A stretch of 64,000 nucleotides of DNA from a bacterium (GTDB lineage Bacteria > UBA8248). The position numbers were made by a program, and so were the translations under genes. The notes under the pieces were generated by a model. That model was not told where the DNA came from and made no database searches. It saw only the letters and a program-made list of their open reading frames with translations. Location: NCBI GenBank assembly GCA_965261085.1, contig OZ253442.1, forward strand, positions 2,592,001 through 2,656,000. Direction: 5' to 3'. Of the stretch, positions 53,326 to 63,113 are shown in pieces; the stretch's first letter is position 1; each line of letters begins with the position of its first letter.

Positions 53326-54012
53326 ATGAACAGACTGAAAATCCTGATTCTGGGAGTGCATCTGTTTCCCCTGTTCGTTGTTCCGTCCGCTGCCGCGGAA
53401 AATAAATTCCTCGTCGAAATGAGAGCGATATCCGGTCTGCCCCACATCGTTCTCTCTCACGGAAAAAAAGTTTACCTGAGAGGCAGGCGTTCGATGCTCC
53501 CGGGGGATCACATCGTCACGAGCGGTGGTTCGCGGGCGCTCATTCACTTTCGGAGGCGTCCGGGTTGCCGGCTTATACTGGAGCCGAACACTTCCTTCAA
53601 GTTAATGGGTCTGAAGCGCAGCGGCACCTATTCGGCGAAACTGAACAGGGGCACGGTGAAATGCGACACGGCTTCCTGCGGGCTGAGCCTGAGCGTGATG
53701 ACGCCTGCGGGAATGCTGCGCGGCCAGGGGGCTGAATTCGCCCTGCAAGCCTATCGCCATTTCACTACCGTGGTACTCAAAAAAGGGCGAATGCGCCTGT
53801 TTGTCGGCGGTCAGGCCGTACCGTTGCGCGAGATGACGAGCACAACGGTTTCAAAAACGGGGGGCCACCGGATCACCACGATATACAGCGGCGATCCTAG
53901 AATCCCCAGCCTCTTCTCCCCCCTTCCCCTTCCCGGAATTTCCCCCTCTCCTCCAAAGCGCCGTTTTCGATACAAATTCATTTCCCCCGCCTCGATGACG
54001 CGAAGCCCTTGA
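53326..54012 (+). CDS. Secreted FecR-domain-like protein
   Basis: Signal peptide; GDHIVT..SRA, LEPNT, LNRG, VMTPAG..GAEF, VLKKG. Confidence 0.6.
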   Translation: MNRLKILILGVHLFPLFVVPSAAAENKFLVEMRAISGLPHIVLSHGKKVYLRGRRSMLPGDHIVTSGGSRALIHFRRRPGCRLILEPNTSFKLMGLKRSGTYSAKLNRGTVKCDTASCGLSLSVMTPAGMLRGQGAEFALQAYRHFTTVVLKKGRMRLFVGGQAVPLREMTSTTVSKTGGHRITTIYSGDPRIPSLFSPLPLPGISPSPPKRRFRYKFISPASMTRSP

Positions 54013-54132
54013 CGAAAGCCACGCTTAAGCCTTACTAAATAGCCTGTGATATTTCTTTCGCCGAAAACTCGACGCGGTTCGGCCCATCACCCGGGCGCGC
54101 CCGGGCCTTTTGCGCGGAGCATTTCTTTCGGT

Positions 54133-54209
<77 letters not shown>

Positions 54210-54260
54210 TTTTATTTCTTCACGATGAGCGAATGGCGCATCCCTCGAGGAGGCCGAAAG

Positions 54261-55172
54261 GTGGAGCTTGGTTTTATTGGCCTGGGAAGGATGGGAAGCC
54301 AGATTTGCGGCCACTTCATTCGCGCCGGTCACGACGTAACGGCTTACGACGTGCGAGAGGAAGCCACTCAGGAGGCCGAGAACAAAGGCGCGCGCGCAGG
54401 GCGCAACCCGGCGGATGTCGCCTCCCGTTCAGAGGTTATTTTTACATCCTTGCCGCATCCCAACATATCGCGCGAGGTGATCCTGGGTGAGGAGGGAATT
54501 CTGGCGGGCGCGCGCGATGGCGCGCTCCTGGCGGAGACGAGCACCGTCTCCCCTTCCCTCATCAAGGAACTCGCACCTTTGGTGAAAGCGCAAGGGGCCG
54601 AGTTGATGGATGCCGCCGTGAGCGGCGGCGTGAAAGGGGCGCAGGCCGGAACCCTCACGCTGATGGTGGGCGGCGGCGAAGCGGGATTCGAAAGACTCAA
54701 GCCCCTTCTCGCGCATTTCGGAAAAAACATCTTTCATTGCGGCGAATCCGGCATGGGCATGTTGTTCAAGGTCGTGAACAACATGCTCTCGCACGTGAAC
54801 CTCGCGGCGTTGACCGAGGCCATGGCCCTGGGCGTCGCGGCGGGCGCCGACCCCGATTTGCTCTGCGACGTCATTGCCGTCAGTTCGGGCCGCAGCCGCC
54901 AGGTGGAGGACAGGCTCAGGAAGCACATCCTGCCGGGTGAGTTCACGCCCGGGATGACGACTAATCTCGCGACGAAAGATTCCGACCTGTGCCTCGAACT
55001 GGCCCGTGAACTTCGCGTTCCCACCTTCATCGCCAGCGCGACGCATCATGTATATGAGATGGCGATTCAGAAAGGATACGGGGCCGATGAATACGCCTCG
55101 CTCATCAAACTCTGGGAAGAATGGCTGGACATCGAGGTGCGCTCACCCGGCGCAAGGCGGAATTCCTCTTAG
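54261..55172 (+). CDS. Beta-hydroxyacid (3-hydroxyisobutyrate-type) dehydrogenase
   Basis: GFIGLGRMG, DAAVSGG, LTLMVGG, FKVVNN, KD; GTG start after GAGGAGG. Confidence 0.9.
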   Translation: MELGFIGLGRMGSQICGHFIRAGHDVTAYDVREEATQEAENKGARAGRNPADVASRSEVIFTSLPHPNISREVILGEEGILAGARDGALLAETSTVSPSLIKELAPLVKAQGAELMDAAVSGGVKGAQAGTLTLMVGGGEAGFERLKPLLAHFGKNIFHCGESGMGMLFKVVNNMLSHVNLAALTEAMALGVAAGADPDLLCDVIAVSSGRSRQVEDRLRKHILPGEFTPGMTTNLATKDSDLCLELARELRVPTFIASATHHVYEMAIQKGYGADEYASLIKLWEEWLDIEVRSPGARRNSS

Positions 55173-55218
55173 AAATACGATGAGACTAAAACCCTCACCC
55201 GCCGCAACTTGAAGGACG

Positions 55219-55779
55219 ATGAAAATGACGCCTGAGGCAATGTTCGATGAAGCTTTTGGCTCCGCTTTCGAGGACAGGAAAAACCTGATCTCCTTTCTGG
55301 AGAATATCGACCCCGCCCACGTCAACTGGCGGCCCCCCGATGGCGAATGGTCCCTGCACGAGAATCTCGAGCACATCCTTTTGACGGACAATTATTACGC
55401 GCGCTCCATCGAAAAGAGTCTCGCGGAGGCGGCGGATTCCGGGTCGTGGGACACGGCCCCCGAGAAACCGCAGAAGATGAGCCGTGAGGCGCTCAGGCGC
55501 AGGGAGCAGGGCCGGGTTCCGGCGCCCGATTTTCTCATCCCGAAGGGCGAAGGCGATTTCCGTGAAATGATCGCCGAACTCATGCCCAACAGGGAGGCGG
55601 TTCACCAAATGATGCTCCCTCACCGGAACACCGACATGAGCCGCTACGTGCACGAGCATTTTCGCTACGGCGACCTCAACATTTACGACCGCATCGTCTA
55701 TTCCGGCACGCATGATTATCTTCATCAGGACCAGATGACGCGCGTCCTCCAAGCTCCGGGCTACCCGGAAAGCGGATGA
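55219..55779 (+). CDS. DinB family protein
   Basis: WRP..EWS..ENLEH and HDYLHQDQ His triad. Confidence 0.85.
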   Translation: MKMTPEAMFDEAFGSAFEDRKNLISFLENIDPAHVNWRPPDGEWSLHENLEHILLTDNYYARSIEKSLAEAADSGSWDTAPEKPQKMSREALRRREQGRVPAPDFLIPKGEGDFREMIAELMPNREAVHQMMLPHRNTDMSRYVHEHFRYGDLNIYDRIVYSGTHDYLHQDQMTRVLQAPGYPESG

Positions 55780-55813
55780 TATATCCGGTCTCACCCTCCC
55801 CCAGAATCCGCCG

Positions 55814-57217
55814 ATGAGCGATTGGACGATAACGACGCTTCGGGATGCTTACCGCGCCGGTGAGGTCTCGCCGGTCGAAATCGTCGACGACACCCTCGCC
55901 CTCATCAAGCAATGGAATCTCCATTTGAGGGCCTATCTGCACGTCAGCGAAAGAGGGTTGCGCAGGGCGGCGCGGGAATCCGAGCGAAGATTCCGCTTTG
56001 GCGATGAACTCGGCCCGCTCGACGGCATTCCCGTGGCCTACAAGGACCTCTGCTTTATTCCGGGAACTCCCACGACTTGCGGAAGCGTGATGTTTCAGGA
56101 CGATCCACCCCCCGATGCGGTATCGAGCGTCTGGAAGCGTCTCGATGAGGCCGGCACCGTCAACATGGGAAAACTCAACATGGCGGAACTCGCCATGGGG
56201 CCGACGGGGCGCAACAGGCATTTCGGCGATCCCCAGAATCCCTGGAAACAGGGCCACGTTACGGGGGGTTCGAGCAGCGGGTCGGGATGCGCGGTAGCCG
56301 GGGGGCTGGCGCTGGCCGCGATAGGTACGGATACGGGCGGCTCCATCCGCCTTCCGGCGGCGTTTTGCGGCGTGGTGGGCATGAAGCCCACGAATGGCCG
56401 CGTGAGCGGGCATGGGGGAATGGCGCTCTCCTGGACGCTCGACACCTTTGGCCCGCTCACGCGAACGGTGGCGGATAACGCGCTGGTGCTTTCCGCCATC
56501 GCGGGTGCAGACCCCGAGGATGCGCGCGCGAGCACGCGACCCGTGCCCGATTATCTCCATACCCTGGGGGAATGCATCGAGGGCATCCGGGTCGGCATAC
56601 TGGAAGGTTCTGGGCTGAAGGGCGTTTCAGAGGAGGTGCAGGCGGCTTATGGGGGTGTATGCGAAGCGCTTGAGCACCGGGGTGCGAATTTCGTTCCGAT
56701 GCCGCCTCCCCGCTCGCAAGAACTCGAAGAACTCGCCAATACGATTTTCAAATACGAGGCGCTGATGCTGCACGGCGAGCGTCTGGAGAAATACGAGGAT
56801 GAGGTGACGCCGGAAGTTCTGGCGCGCCTTGAAGCCGGGCGCGGGATTCACGGGGCTGAATATCGCGCCGCGCTCGTAAGGCGTGAGGAATTGATTCGTT
56901 ATTACGAGAGCGAAGTGTTCTCCGCCGTGGACGTGCTGGTCTCACCGACAACGCCCGTTCCCGCACCCTCTCACGCGCAGGCGCGCTCCGAGGCGGAGGG
57001 GCTGATTGCCTCCCTGACGCGCTTCACGCGCTGGGTCAACACCCTGGGCGCGCCGGCGATATCCCTCCCCTGGGGCTTTTCAGAAGACGGACTGCCGCTA
57101 GCGGTGCAGCTTGTCGGTCCGGATTTCAGCGAAGCGATGCTCTACAAAATCGCCCACGCCCTTGAGGAGGAAAACGGAGGCTGGGATAAGTCGCCCACGT
57201 TCGAGTCGTTTCGATGA
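55814..57217 (+). CDS. Amidase-signature enzyme (GatA-like)
   Basis: GPLDGIPVAYKD, GGSSSGS, GTDTGGSIRLPA. Confidence 0.93.
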   Translation: MSDWTITTLRDAYRAGEVSPVEIVDDTLALIKQWNLHLRAYLHVSERGLRRAARESERRFRFGDELGPLDGIPVAYKDLCFIPGTPTTCGSVMFQDDPPPDAVSSVWKRLDEAGTVNMGKLNMAELAMGPTGRNRHFGDPQNPWKQGHVTGGSSSGSGCAVAGGLALAAIGTDTGGSIRLPAAFCGVVGMKPTNGRVSGHGGMALSWTLDTFGPLTRTVADNALVLSAIAGADPEDARASTRPVPDYLHTLGECIEGIRVGILEGSGLKGVSEEVQAAYGGVCEALEHRGANFVPMPPPRSQELEELANTIFKYEALMLHGERLEKYEDEVTPEVLARLEAGRGIHGAEYRAALVRREELIRYYESEVFSAVDVLVSPTTPVPAPSHAQARSEAEGLIASLTRFTRWVNTLGAPAISLPWGFSEDGLPLAVQLVGPDFSEAMLYKIAHALEEENGGWDKSPTFESFR

Positions 57218-57319
57218 GGTTCGGGGATATCGCCTGAGGAGTTGCTAGCGGACGTATTTCGCCGCGAAATCGGCGGGAGTTTTTCCCGGCTCAATCGGGC
57301 GAGACCTACCAGAATGGAA

Positions 57320-57400
57320 GATATCTATTCGATAAATTCCTGAAAACAATTCGATAAAATTAGATAAATTGACGATGTTTTTCGATAAATTGATGAAAAG
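57320..57400. repeat. Helically phased short direct repeats (GATAAA-type)
   Basis: GA-initiated units at 57320, 57331, 57342, 57353, 57363, 57374, 57384, 57395; four are GATAAA. Confidence 0.5.
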
Positions 57401-57551
57401 GCGCGTCTGGAATTATAGTTCATCTTAATTCTGGATAATATATTCTAACCGACTGATATATATTAAAATATGTATATAATATCAGATGATAACTCTTTTC
57501 GGGTAATTCCGTGGCGAGAGGCCTCATGGAGAGGCCAGAGGCGGTGAGTCA

Positions 57552-59414
57552 TTAAGCTGCGCCGTCTTCTTTTTGTTTCTCTTTCTCCCAATCATTCAAT
57601 GATTTAGGAAGCTTATCCTCATTGTATTTCTTTATCATGCGGTAGACCTTCCCGCCTTCTCGCACATATAGGAACTCCGAGCCCTCCTTGCCCGCGAAGC
57701 GAAACGGCCCCCACTCCCCGTGGCGGATGTCCCTGCCCGAGAGCTCGACGATAAAGTCTTTGAAATCAGGCGCTTCGCCGGGTTTCGCCTCCCCTTCTCT
57801 CTCGAAATCCCTGAGGGCGCCTACGAGATCATTCACGTTGCCGGGCTCGGCTTCCTTGCCCTCGGGAGAGACGAAGCGCCATCCTTGGCCGAAGCGCTCC
57901 AGCTTCATGAAGGATTTATGGGGAAAACGGGCCGTAACTTCCGTGATTTCAAGGTCTTTCCCGTAGAGGAGCAAACGCCGCTCGCTCAGGAAATAGGGTG
58001 TTTTCGTGATCTTCTCATAATCTTCTTTCTTGATGGCGAACAGGCGTTTTTCTCCCTCCATTCGGCCGTACGCCCTTTTCTTGTCCTTCAGATACTCTCC
58101 GACAATGAAGGATATTTTCTCGAGAGGCCCATCTTTTTTCTTTCTCAGCCAGAGGGTATAACGAAGCGGCGCGCCTTTGCCGTCCTCACGTGTCAGGGCG
58201 TATTTCGAGAGGTCATCTCCGGGAGCATCCACGTATTCTATGGAATTGCTCCACTTGATGTCCCACAAGAGGTCGTCCAAGTGCTTGTGACGGCCGATGA
58301 GTTTTTCCTGTTTTCCATCCGCCGCCGTCAGCTGGAGGTCCCATTTCTTTTTCGCCTTTCGAATGATGTCGAGTTTTTGAGATTTCGATTCCATCAGAAG
58401 GCGAGTGATGTGGTCGACATCATAATCGATAACGGTTTTGTGCCTTAGCGAGAATACGGATTTAGGTAAATCCTTGAATGTTTTCTCATTGATGAGCATG
58501 ACGGGGCCGCCGGATAGCCTCCTGGCGTAATAATAAACCTTTGGTTTCTTCTGAGGGCTTTTCGGTTCGGGAGGTTCTACTTTTTTGCCGCCAAGGATAA
58601 CCCCGTCTTCGGGTTTTTCGTTGTTTTCGGTGAAGATGCGCACCGTAATTTTGGGTTTATCCAGACCATAGGGGGCGAGATTCTTGGGATTTTCATCAAC
58701 GAATTTTTGCACCTTATCCCATTTGAAGGTAGATACGATGCCTTCCGAATCAATGGAGTCAGCCCTGTCCTGAATGGGTTTCACAAGTACCCACTCATCT
58801 TTGCTCTTGCGAACAACGGTGAAACCACCACCATCCTGAGGTTCGACAATCACCTTTTTAGCGCGTTCGGGCATAATGGGGACAATCGACCTGTCCCGAA
58901 TACTGAATACCGTTTTGTCGAACTTGGCGATATCGGAAAGCTGGAGGGTGAAAATTCCAGGGGTCTTCGCCAGCGCGGCATATCGGAATTCGCGTGTGGG
59001 GGTTCTATCCCCAATTTCGACGGAAACATCGTCCTTGTCTTTCAGCCCGAATGTGATTTTCATCCTGGGCTTGTCCATTCCGAACTCTGCTTTGTCTTTT
59101 ACGTTTCCGATACGTCGGCGCTCCCGGAGTTTAGCCGCTGCTTCGAGGAGTTTTTCGACCTCATCTGCATCCACGGCAGCGTCGACAGGTTTGACGAACC
59201 GCCACCCTTTTTCCGTCCGGATTATCTGGTAGGGTTCCTCTTTTCTCAACACATCAATTCTTATGAGAGCCTTCTGGTCAATTCCTTTCAGGAGTTTGAC
59301 TTTTCGCTCTTTGGCGGCCTGTTCCTCGGCGGCCCATTTCACGTCATAGACGTAATATGCACCACCAATGAGCAGCAAAACGAGAAGTAATAAGAGATTT
59401 TTCTTGGGGTTCAC
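57552..59414 (-). CDS. DUF4340-domain membrane-anchored protein
   Basis: N-terminal TM; repeated W..VKP..AD, (F/Y)G.DKP and R(D/H)..(I/V) modules; last gene of the Gld-like operon. Confidence 0.82.
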   Translation of the reverse strand: MNPKKNLLLLLVLLLIGGAYYVYDVKWAAEEQAAKERKVKLLKGIDQKALIRIDVLRKEEPYQIIRTEKGWRFVKPVDAAVDADEVEKLLEAAAKLRERRRIGNVKDKAEFGMDKPRMKITFGLKDKDDVSVEIGDRTPTREFRYAALAKTPGIFTLQLSDIAKFDKTVFSIRDRSIVPIMPERAKKVIVEPQDGGGFTVVRKSKDEWVLVKPIQDRADSIDSEGIVSTFKWDKVQKFVDENPKNLAPYGLDKPKITVRIFTENNEKPEDGVILGGKKVEPPEPKSPQKKPKVYYYARRLSGGPVMLINEKTFKDLPKSVFSLRHKTVIDYDVDHITRLLMESKSQKLDIIRKAKKKWDLQLTAADGKQEKLIGRHKHLDDLLWDIKWSNSIEYVDAPGDDLSKYALTREDGKGAPLRYTLWLRKKKDGPLEKISFIVGEYLKDKKRAYGRMEGEKRLFAIKKEDYEKITKTPYFLSERRLLLYGKDLEITEVTARFPHKSFMKLERFGQGWRFVSPEGKEAEPGNVNDLVGALRDFEREGEAKPGEAPDFKDFIVELSGRDIRHGEWGPFRFAGKEGSEFLYVREGGKVYRMIKKYNEDKLPKSLNDWEKEKQKEDGAA

Positions 59415-61099
59415 CGCAGTTGCCTTCTCCTGACGTAGACGGCGGCTCCGATAAGGATGATGAACAAGGGCATGATCCAGACGGTGAACAAATGAACGAA
59501 CCGGCCTTCTCCGCCCGCCAATACGAGAGGCTCGCCCGTACGGCTTTTGGGACGGATGGTTATCAGGTCTTTCTCGCCGCCGAGCCAATTCACGGTGTTT
59601 AACAAGAGATTCGAATTGCCTTGTGCGCCGACGAAAGCATCACTCGCAAAATCGGCATCTCCGAAAACGACGATTCTGGCCTCGTTCTTCTTGGTGTTTT
59701 GCTTGTCGGACGCGGGCGTTTTCGCGTCATCCTGAGAGCCCTGCCCTTGCGCAAGTTTATAGAGATCAAGAGTCACGGTAACGGCGGCCCCTATCGGCAC
59801 GGGACCTTCTTTTTTTGTTTTAGGATCGAAGGAGAGTTCGCCATCCTTGATGGATACGCTCTCGACGGTATAACTTCCCGCTCCCGTTTTCACCAAATCC
59901 TCGGAATGTAGTCCCGCCTTGGGCATGCCCGTGGCTGATACATGCCGAGCGGTTGGAAAAACCGTCGCCAAACCTTTCAATTGCTTGGTGATTTCATGTA
60001 ATCCATAGTTCACTGCAAACGGGGTGACTATATTTCCACCCGCCAGGGCGAAGCGCACCGATTCGGGATCGATGACAAAAGATGGAGGAAGCTTGAAGCC
60101 ATATCTTTCCAGGAGCGTGGCCAGACGTCCCGGCTTCGAATCAGGTTCCAGGAAAACAAGAAGCTTTCCGCCAGATTTGATGTAAGCATCGATATACTCG
60201 ATTTCCACTTCTTCCAACTCTTTTTGGGGCGCCGCGATAATCAACATGCTGGTATTTTCAGGCACGCCTTTTTTCCTTAACAAAAGAAGCTCATCCACCT
60301 GGTAGTTGTCATCCCGCATGCCGATGGCGAGTGTCTTCATCACCTCACGTCCTTGACCGGAGAAAAGCCGCTCCCCATGGCCCGTGAGATAATATACGCG
60401 CTTTTGTTCGGTTTGAATGGTTTTGAGTATCGCGTTGGCGATCGCGTTTTCTGAAAGATTGAATATCTTCTCCGAGCGGAACGTCTTTTTCTTCTCTTTG
60501 TCCGCGGAATTCGGTTTGTCCTGCTTCTCGATTTCTTTCTTATCGAAATGATGAATCACGACCAATGTGCCATAGGCGTCTACATCATATCTGCGGGCAG
60601 TTCGTGGAGAGGCGTCCAGGTCCAGAAAGCGGAAAGTGACTTGTTTCGATGCCCGGGTATATTGTTCCAGAATTTCCGTTACCGCAGGTTGTTCCAGCTT
60701 GCGTGCAAAAGTGATGATCTCGATCCGTCTTTTTTCTCTATCGAGTTTGTTCAACAGATTTGTGGTTTTCGCGGACAGGCTGAAGAAATTTCCTGGAGTG
60801 ATATCCCAACGCTTGAAGTGGTTCACGCTCACGAGTTCAACGACCACCAAAATGGCTGTCACCACGACAACCATCAGGACAACTTGTATACCCGTTCGCG
60901 TGGACCGGAGCCGCATGCCGCCTTGGATTTCGCGCCGTGAACTCCACGCCGTATACACAAAGCAAACTATCCCCAGGGCAATGGTGGCGTAAGCCCATTT
61001 GGGGGGAGCGGAGAATTGATCATGACCGGCCCAGCCGGAGATGCCAATCAGCAATAAGGCGGCAGAGGCGATAAAAAAGTACAGATTTCTGTTTTCCAA
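59411..61099 (-). CDS. GldG-family ABC transporter auxiliary component
   Basis: RWDIT..FSLS, VYYLTGHGE, IAAP, GGKLLVFLEP, RIVVFGDADF, GNSNLLLNTVNWL, C-terminal TM. Confidence 0.9.
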   Translation of the reverse strand: MENRNLYFFIASAALLLIGISGWAGHDQFSAPPKWAYATIALGIVCFVYTAWSSRREIQGGMRLRSTRTGIQVVLMVVVVTAILVVVELVSVNHFKRWDITPGNFFSLSAKTTNLLNKLDREKRRIEIITFARKLEQPAVTEILEQYTRASKQVTFRFLDLDASPRTARRYDVDAYGTLVVIHHFDKKEIEKQDKPNSADKEKKKTFRSEKIFNLSENAIANAILKTIQTEQKRVYYLTGHGERLFSGQGREVMKTLAIGMRDDNYQVDELLLLRKKGVPENTSMLIIAAPQKELEEVEIEYIDAYIKSGGKLLVFLEPDSKPGRLATLLERYGFKLPPSFVIDPESVRFALAGGNIVTPFAVNYGLHEITKQLKGLATVFPTARHVSATGMPKAGLHSEDLVKTGAGSYTVESVSIKDGELSFDPKTKKEGPVPIGAAVTVTLDLYKLAQGQGSQDDAKTPASDKQNTKKNEARIVVFGDADFASDAFVGAQGNSNLLLNTVNWLGGEKDLITIRPKSRTGEPLVLAGGEGRFVHLFTVWIMPLFIILIGAAVYVRRRQLR

Positions 61100-61103
61100 G
61101 TCC

Positions 61104-61880
61104 CTACCCTCTCCACCTGTAGTATTCAAGAGATCTGAGCACCAGAAAACCACATAATATGTTCATGTTGACGAGATAAATGATGTCGCGCGTATCGATG
61201 ATGCCCCGGATAGAATTTCGCAAGTGCATTCCCAATGAAAGATGCCTGAGAATCGAGGCTAACGGAGCACTGGCCGATGCCGCGAGAACATCCATGAGGA
61301 AAGTCGCGAGAAGCACCATAAAGGCAACCATGGCCGCGACGATTTGATTCGAAGTCCAGGAACTGGCCAAAAGGCCAACGGAAAGGAACGCCATGCCCGT
61401 CAATAGTAATCCGAGATAGGCGGAGGAGATGATGGTCCATTCCACCTTGACGAAAGCGCTCAGAATAATCGGATAGACGAGAGTAATTGCCAGCATTACC
61501 AGGTAGATGGATAAAACGGAAAGGTATTTGCCGGCGAACATCTGCCCGTTGCGCAGCGGAAAAGTGAGCATCAACTCCATCGTGCCCTGCTTTTTCTCTT
61601 CGCTGAACAGACGCATCGTCAGCAATGGCGCGACGAACAAGAGGATGACGGTGACGCTGGAGAATACCGGCTCGAGAACGGCCGAAGTTGGCGTGATGTT
61701 GTATTGCGCTGCGGCTTGGGGGTTTCTGGCCAACTGCATAGAAACGGCGGCATAGGTGAGAAATGCGCCGGAATAGAATATGCCCATCAATACCGTCCAT
61801 GCCGCGAGAATCACGTACGCGATGGGCGAGAAGAAAAACGAGGCGAGTTCTCGTCGGCATATCCAAAAAGTATTACGCAT
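61104..61880 (-). CDS. GldF-like ABC-2 permease
   Basis: RELASFFFSPIAY, PLLTMRLFSEEKKQGTMEL, S..TSNQIVA. Confidence 0.92.
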   Translation of the reverse strand: MRNTFWICRRELASFFFSPIAYVILAAWTVLMGIFYSGAFLTYAAVSMQLARNPQAAAQYNITPTSAVLEPVFSSVTVILLFVAPLLTMRLFSEEKKQGTMELMLTFPLRNGQMFAGKYLSVLSIYLVMLAITLVYPIILSAFVKVEWTIISSAYLGLLLTGMAFLSVGLLASSWTSNQIVAAMVAFMVLLATFLMDVLAASASAPLASILRHLSLGMHLRNSIRGIIDTRDIIYLVNMNILCGFLVLRSLEYYRWRG

Positions 61881-62838
61881 TTACAGTTTCCTCATCGTGT
61901 TTTTGCTCCCCGCTGACGATACGAACGAATAGATCTTCCAGCGTTAGCCTTACCTGCCGAATTTCAGTGAGTTTTCCCTCCGCCGCGGATACGGCGGCGA
62001 CCAGATCGGAGCGAATGTCATCGCCGCTTTTTGCGTGCACCTCGAAATGCGCCTCTTCTCCCGTTGATGTGCCGAGCAGTTCTACGCGATCAACCCCTGA
62101 TACCGTTTTCATTTTGTCGGATAAAGTTCCAACGCCTCCGATTGCCGAAACGCGTATGGTCGAATCCGCCTGTGCGTTCGCCGCCAGCGTATCGAGCGCA
62201 CCCTCGGCAGCTACCTCGCCTTGATGGATAATCACGACGCGGTCGCATACCATGTTCACTTCCGGCAGGATATGCGTGCTCAGAATGAGGGTTCGGTTGC
62301 CCTTGAGTTCTGAAATTAAATTCCGTATTTCCACGATCTGAGCCGGGTCGAGACCCGAGGTGGGCTCATCGAGAATCAACACAGGCGGGTCGTTCACCAT
62401 TGCCTGCGCCAAACCGACCCGTTGGCGATATCCTTTCGAGAGGTTGCCGATGAGGCGGTTGGCGACATCCTCAAGCCCGCAACTGCCGACTACCCTTTTG
62501 ATGCCGGCATCTATTTCCACACCACTCATGCCTTTCATGGAAGCTACAAAATTCAAGTAAGCTCTTACAGTCATATCCCCGTAAAGCGGGTTATTTTCCG
62601 GGAGGTACCCCAGGTTTTTTTTGGCTTCGAGTGGTGATTCTGAAACATTGACATTCGCCACCCAAGCTGAACCAGAGTTTGGCGGCATATAGCCCGTCAA
62701 AATGCGCATGGTCGTTGATTTTCCAGCGCCGTTGGGGCCGAGAAATCCCAGCACCTCTCCCTCTTCGACTTGAAAGGAAATATCCTTCACACCACAAAGG
62801 TTGCCATAATATTTTGTGAGGTTTTCAACTCGTATCAA
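61873..62838 (-). CDS. GldA-like ABC transporter ATP-binding protein
   Basis: GPNGAGKST, LSKGYRQRVGLAQA, LDEPTSGLDP, STHILPEV, LEDLF. Confidence 0.95.
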   Translation of the reverse strand: MIRVENLTKYYGNLCGVKDISFQVEEGEVLGFLGPNGAGKSTTMRILTGYMPPNSGSAWVANVNVSESPLEAKKNLGYLPENNPLYGDMTVRAYLNFVASMKGMSGVEIDAGIKRVVGSCGLEDVANRLIGNLSKGYRQRVGLAQAMVNDPPVLILDEPTSGLDPAQIVEIRNLISELKGNRTLILSTHILPEVNMVCDRVVIIHQGEVAAEGALDTLAANAQADSTIRVSAIGGVGTLSDKMKTVSGVDRVELLGTSTGEEAHFEVHAKSGDDIRSDLVAAVSAAEGKLTEIRQVRLTLEDLFVRIVSGEQKHDEETVNA

Positions 62839-63001
62839 CGAAGAACTCCTTAAAAGAATCTGTGCAAATTATCCTCTGGCGTCCAAGCCGTTCTTCTCTC
62901 CTGAGATATCAAGTTGACCAAGGCATTTGTGTGATTAAAAACATCTCGAAAATTTATGAGATGCAAGAAGATAATAGTAAAATTCCTTATTTATCAATAT
63001 A

Positions 63002-63028
63002 TTGGCACTCTGTTGCATTGAGTGCTAA
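63002..63028 (-). promoter_or_regulatory. CIRCE element (HrcA operator)
   Basis: Minus strand TTAGCACTC-AATGCAACA-GAGTGCCAA, 9-9-9, one mismatch to consensus. Confidence 0.9.
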
Positions 63029-63031
63029 TAT

Positions 63032-63060
63032 AAAATAATCATTTCGCCCCTTTTTGTCAA
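63032..63060 (-). promoter_or_regulatory. Sigma70 promoter of the Gld-like ABC operon
   Basis: TTGACA-N17-TATTTT ending 3 nt before the CIRCE. Confidence 0.65.
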
Positions 63061-63113
63061 CTCAATAAAAAAAACTTCTTCCTCTTCCTTGAATGATGGT
63101 AAGAACACGGGTA

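Noticed and set aside
54090-54105. Perfect 16-bp palindrome CCCGGGCGCGCCCGGG in the tRNA-Pro leader
   Set aside because: Single all-GC copy; no supporting context.
63003-63017. TGGCAC...TTGCA as a sigma54 promoter
   Set aside because: GG-GC spacing is 9 rather than 10; explained by the CIRCE.
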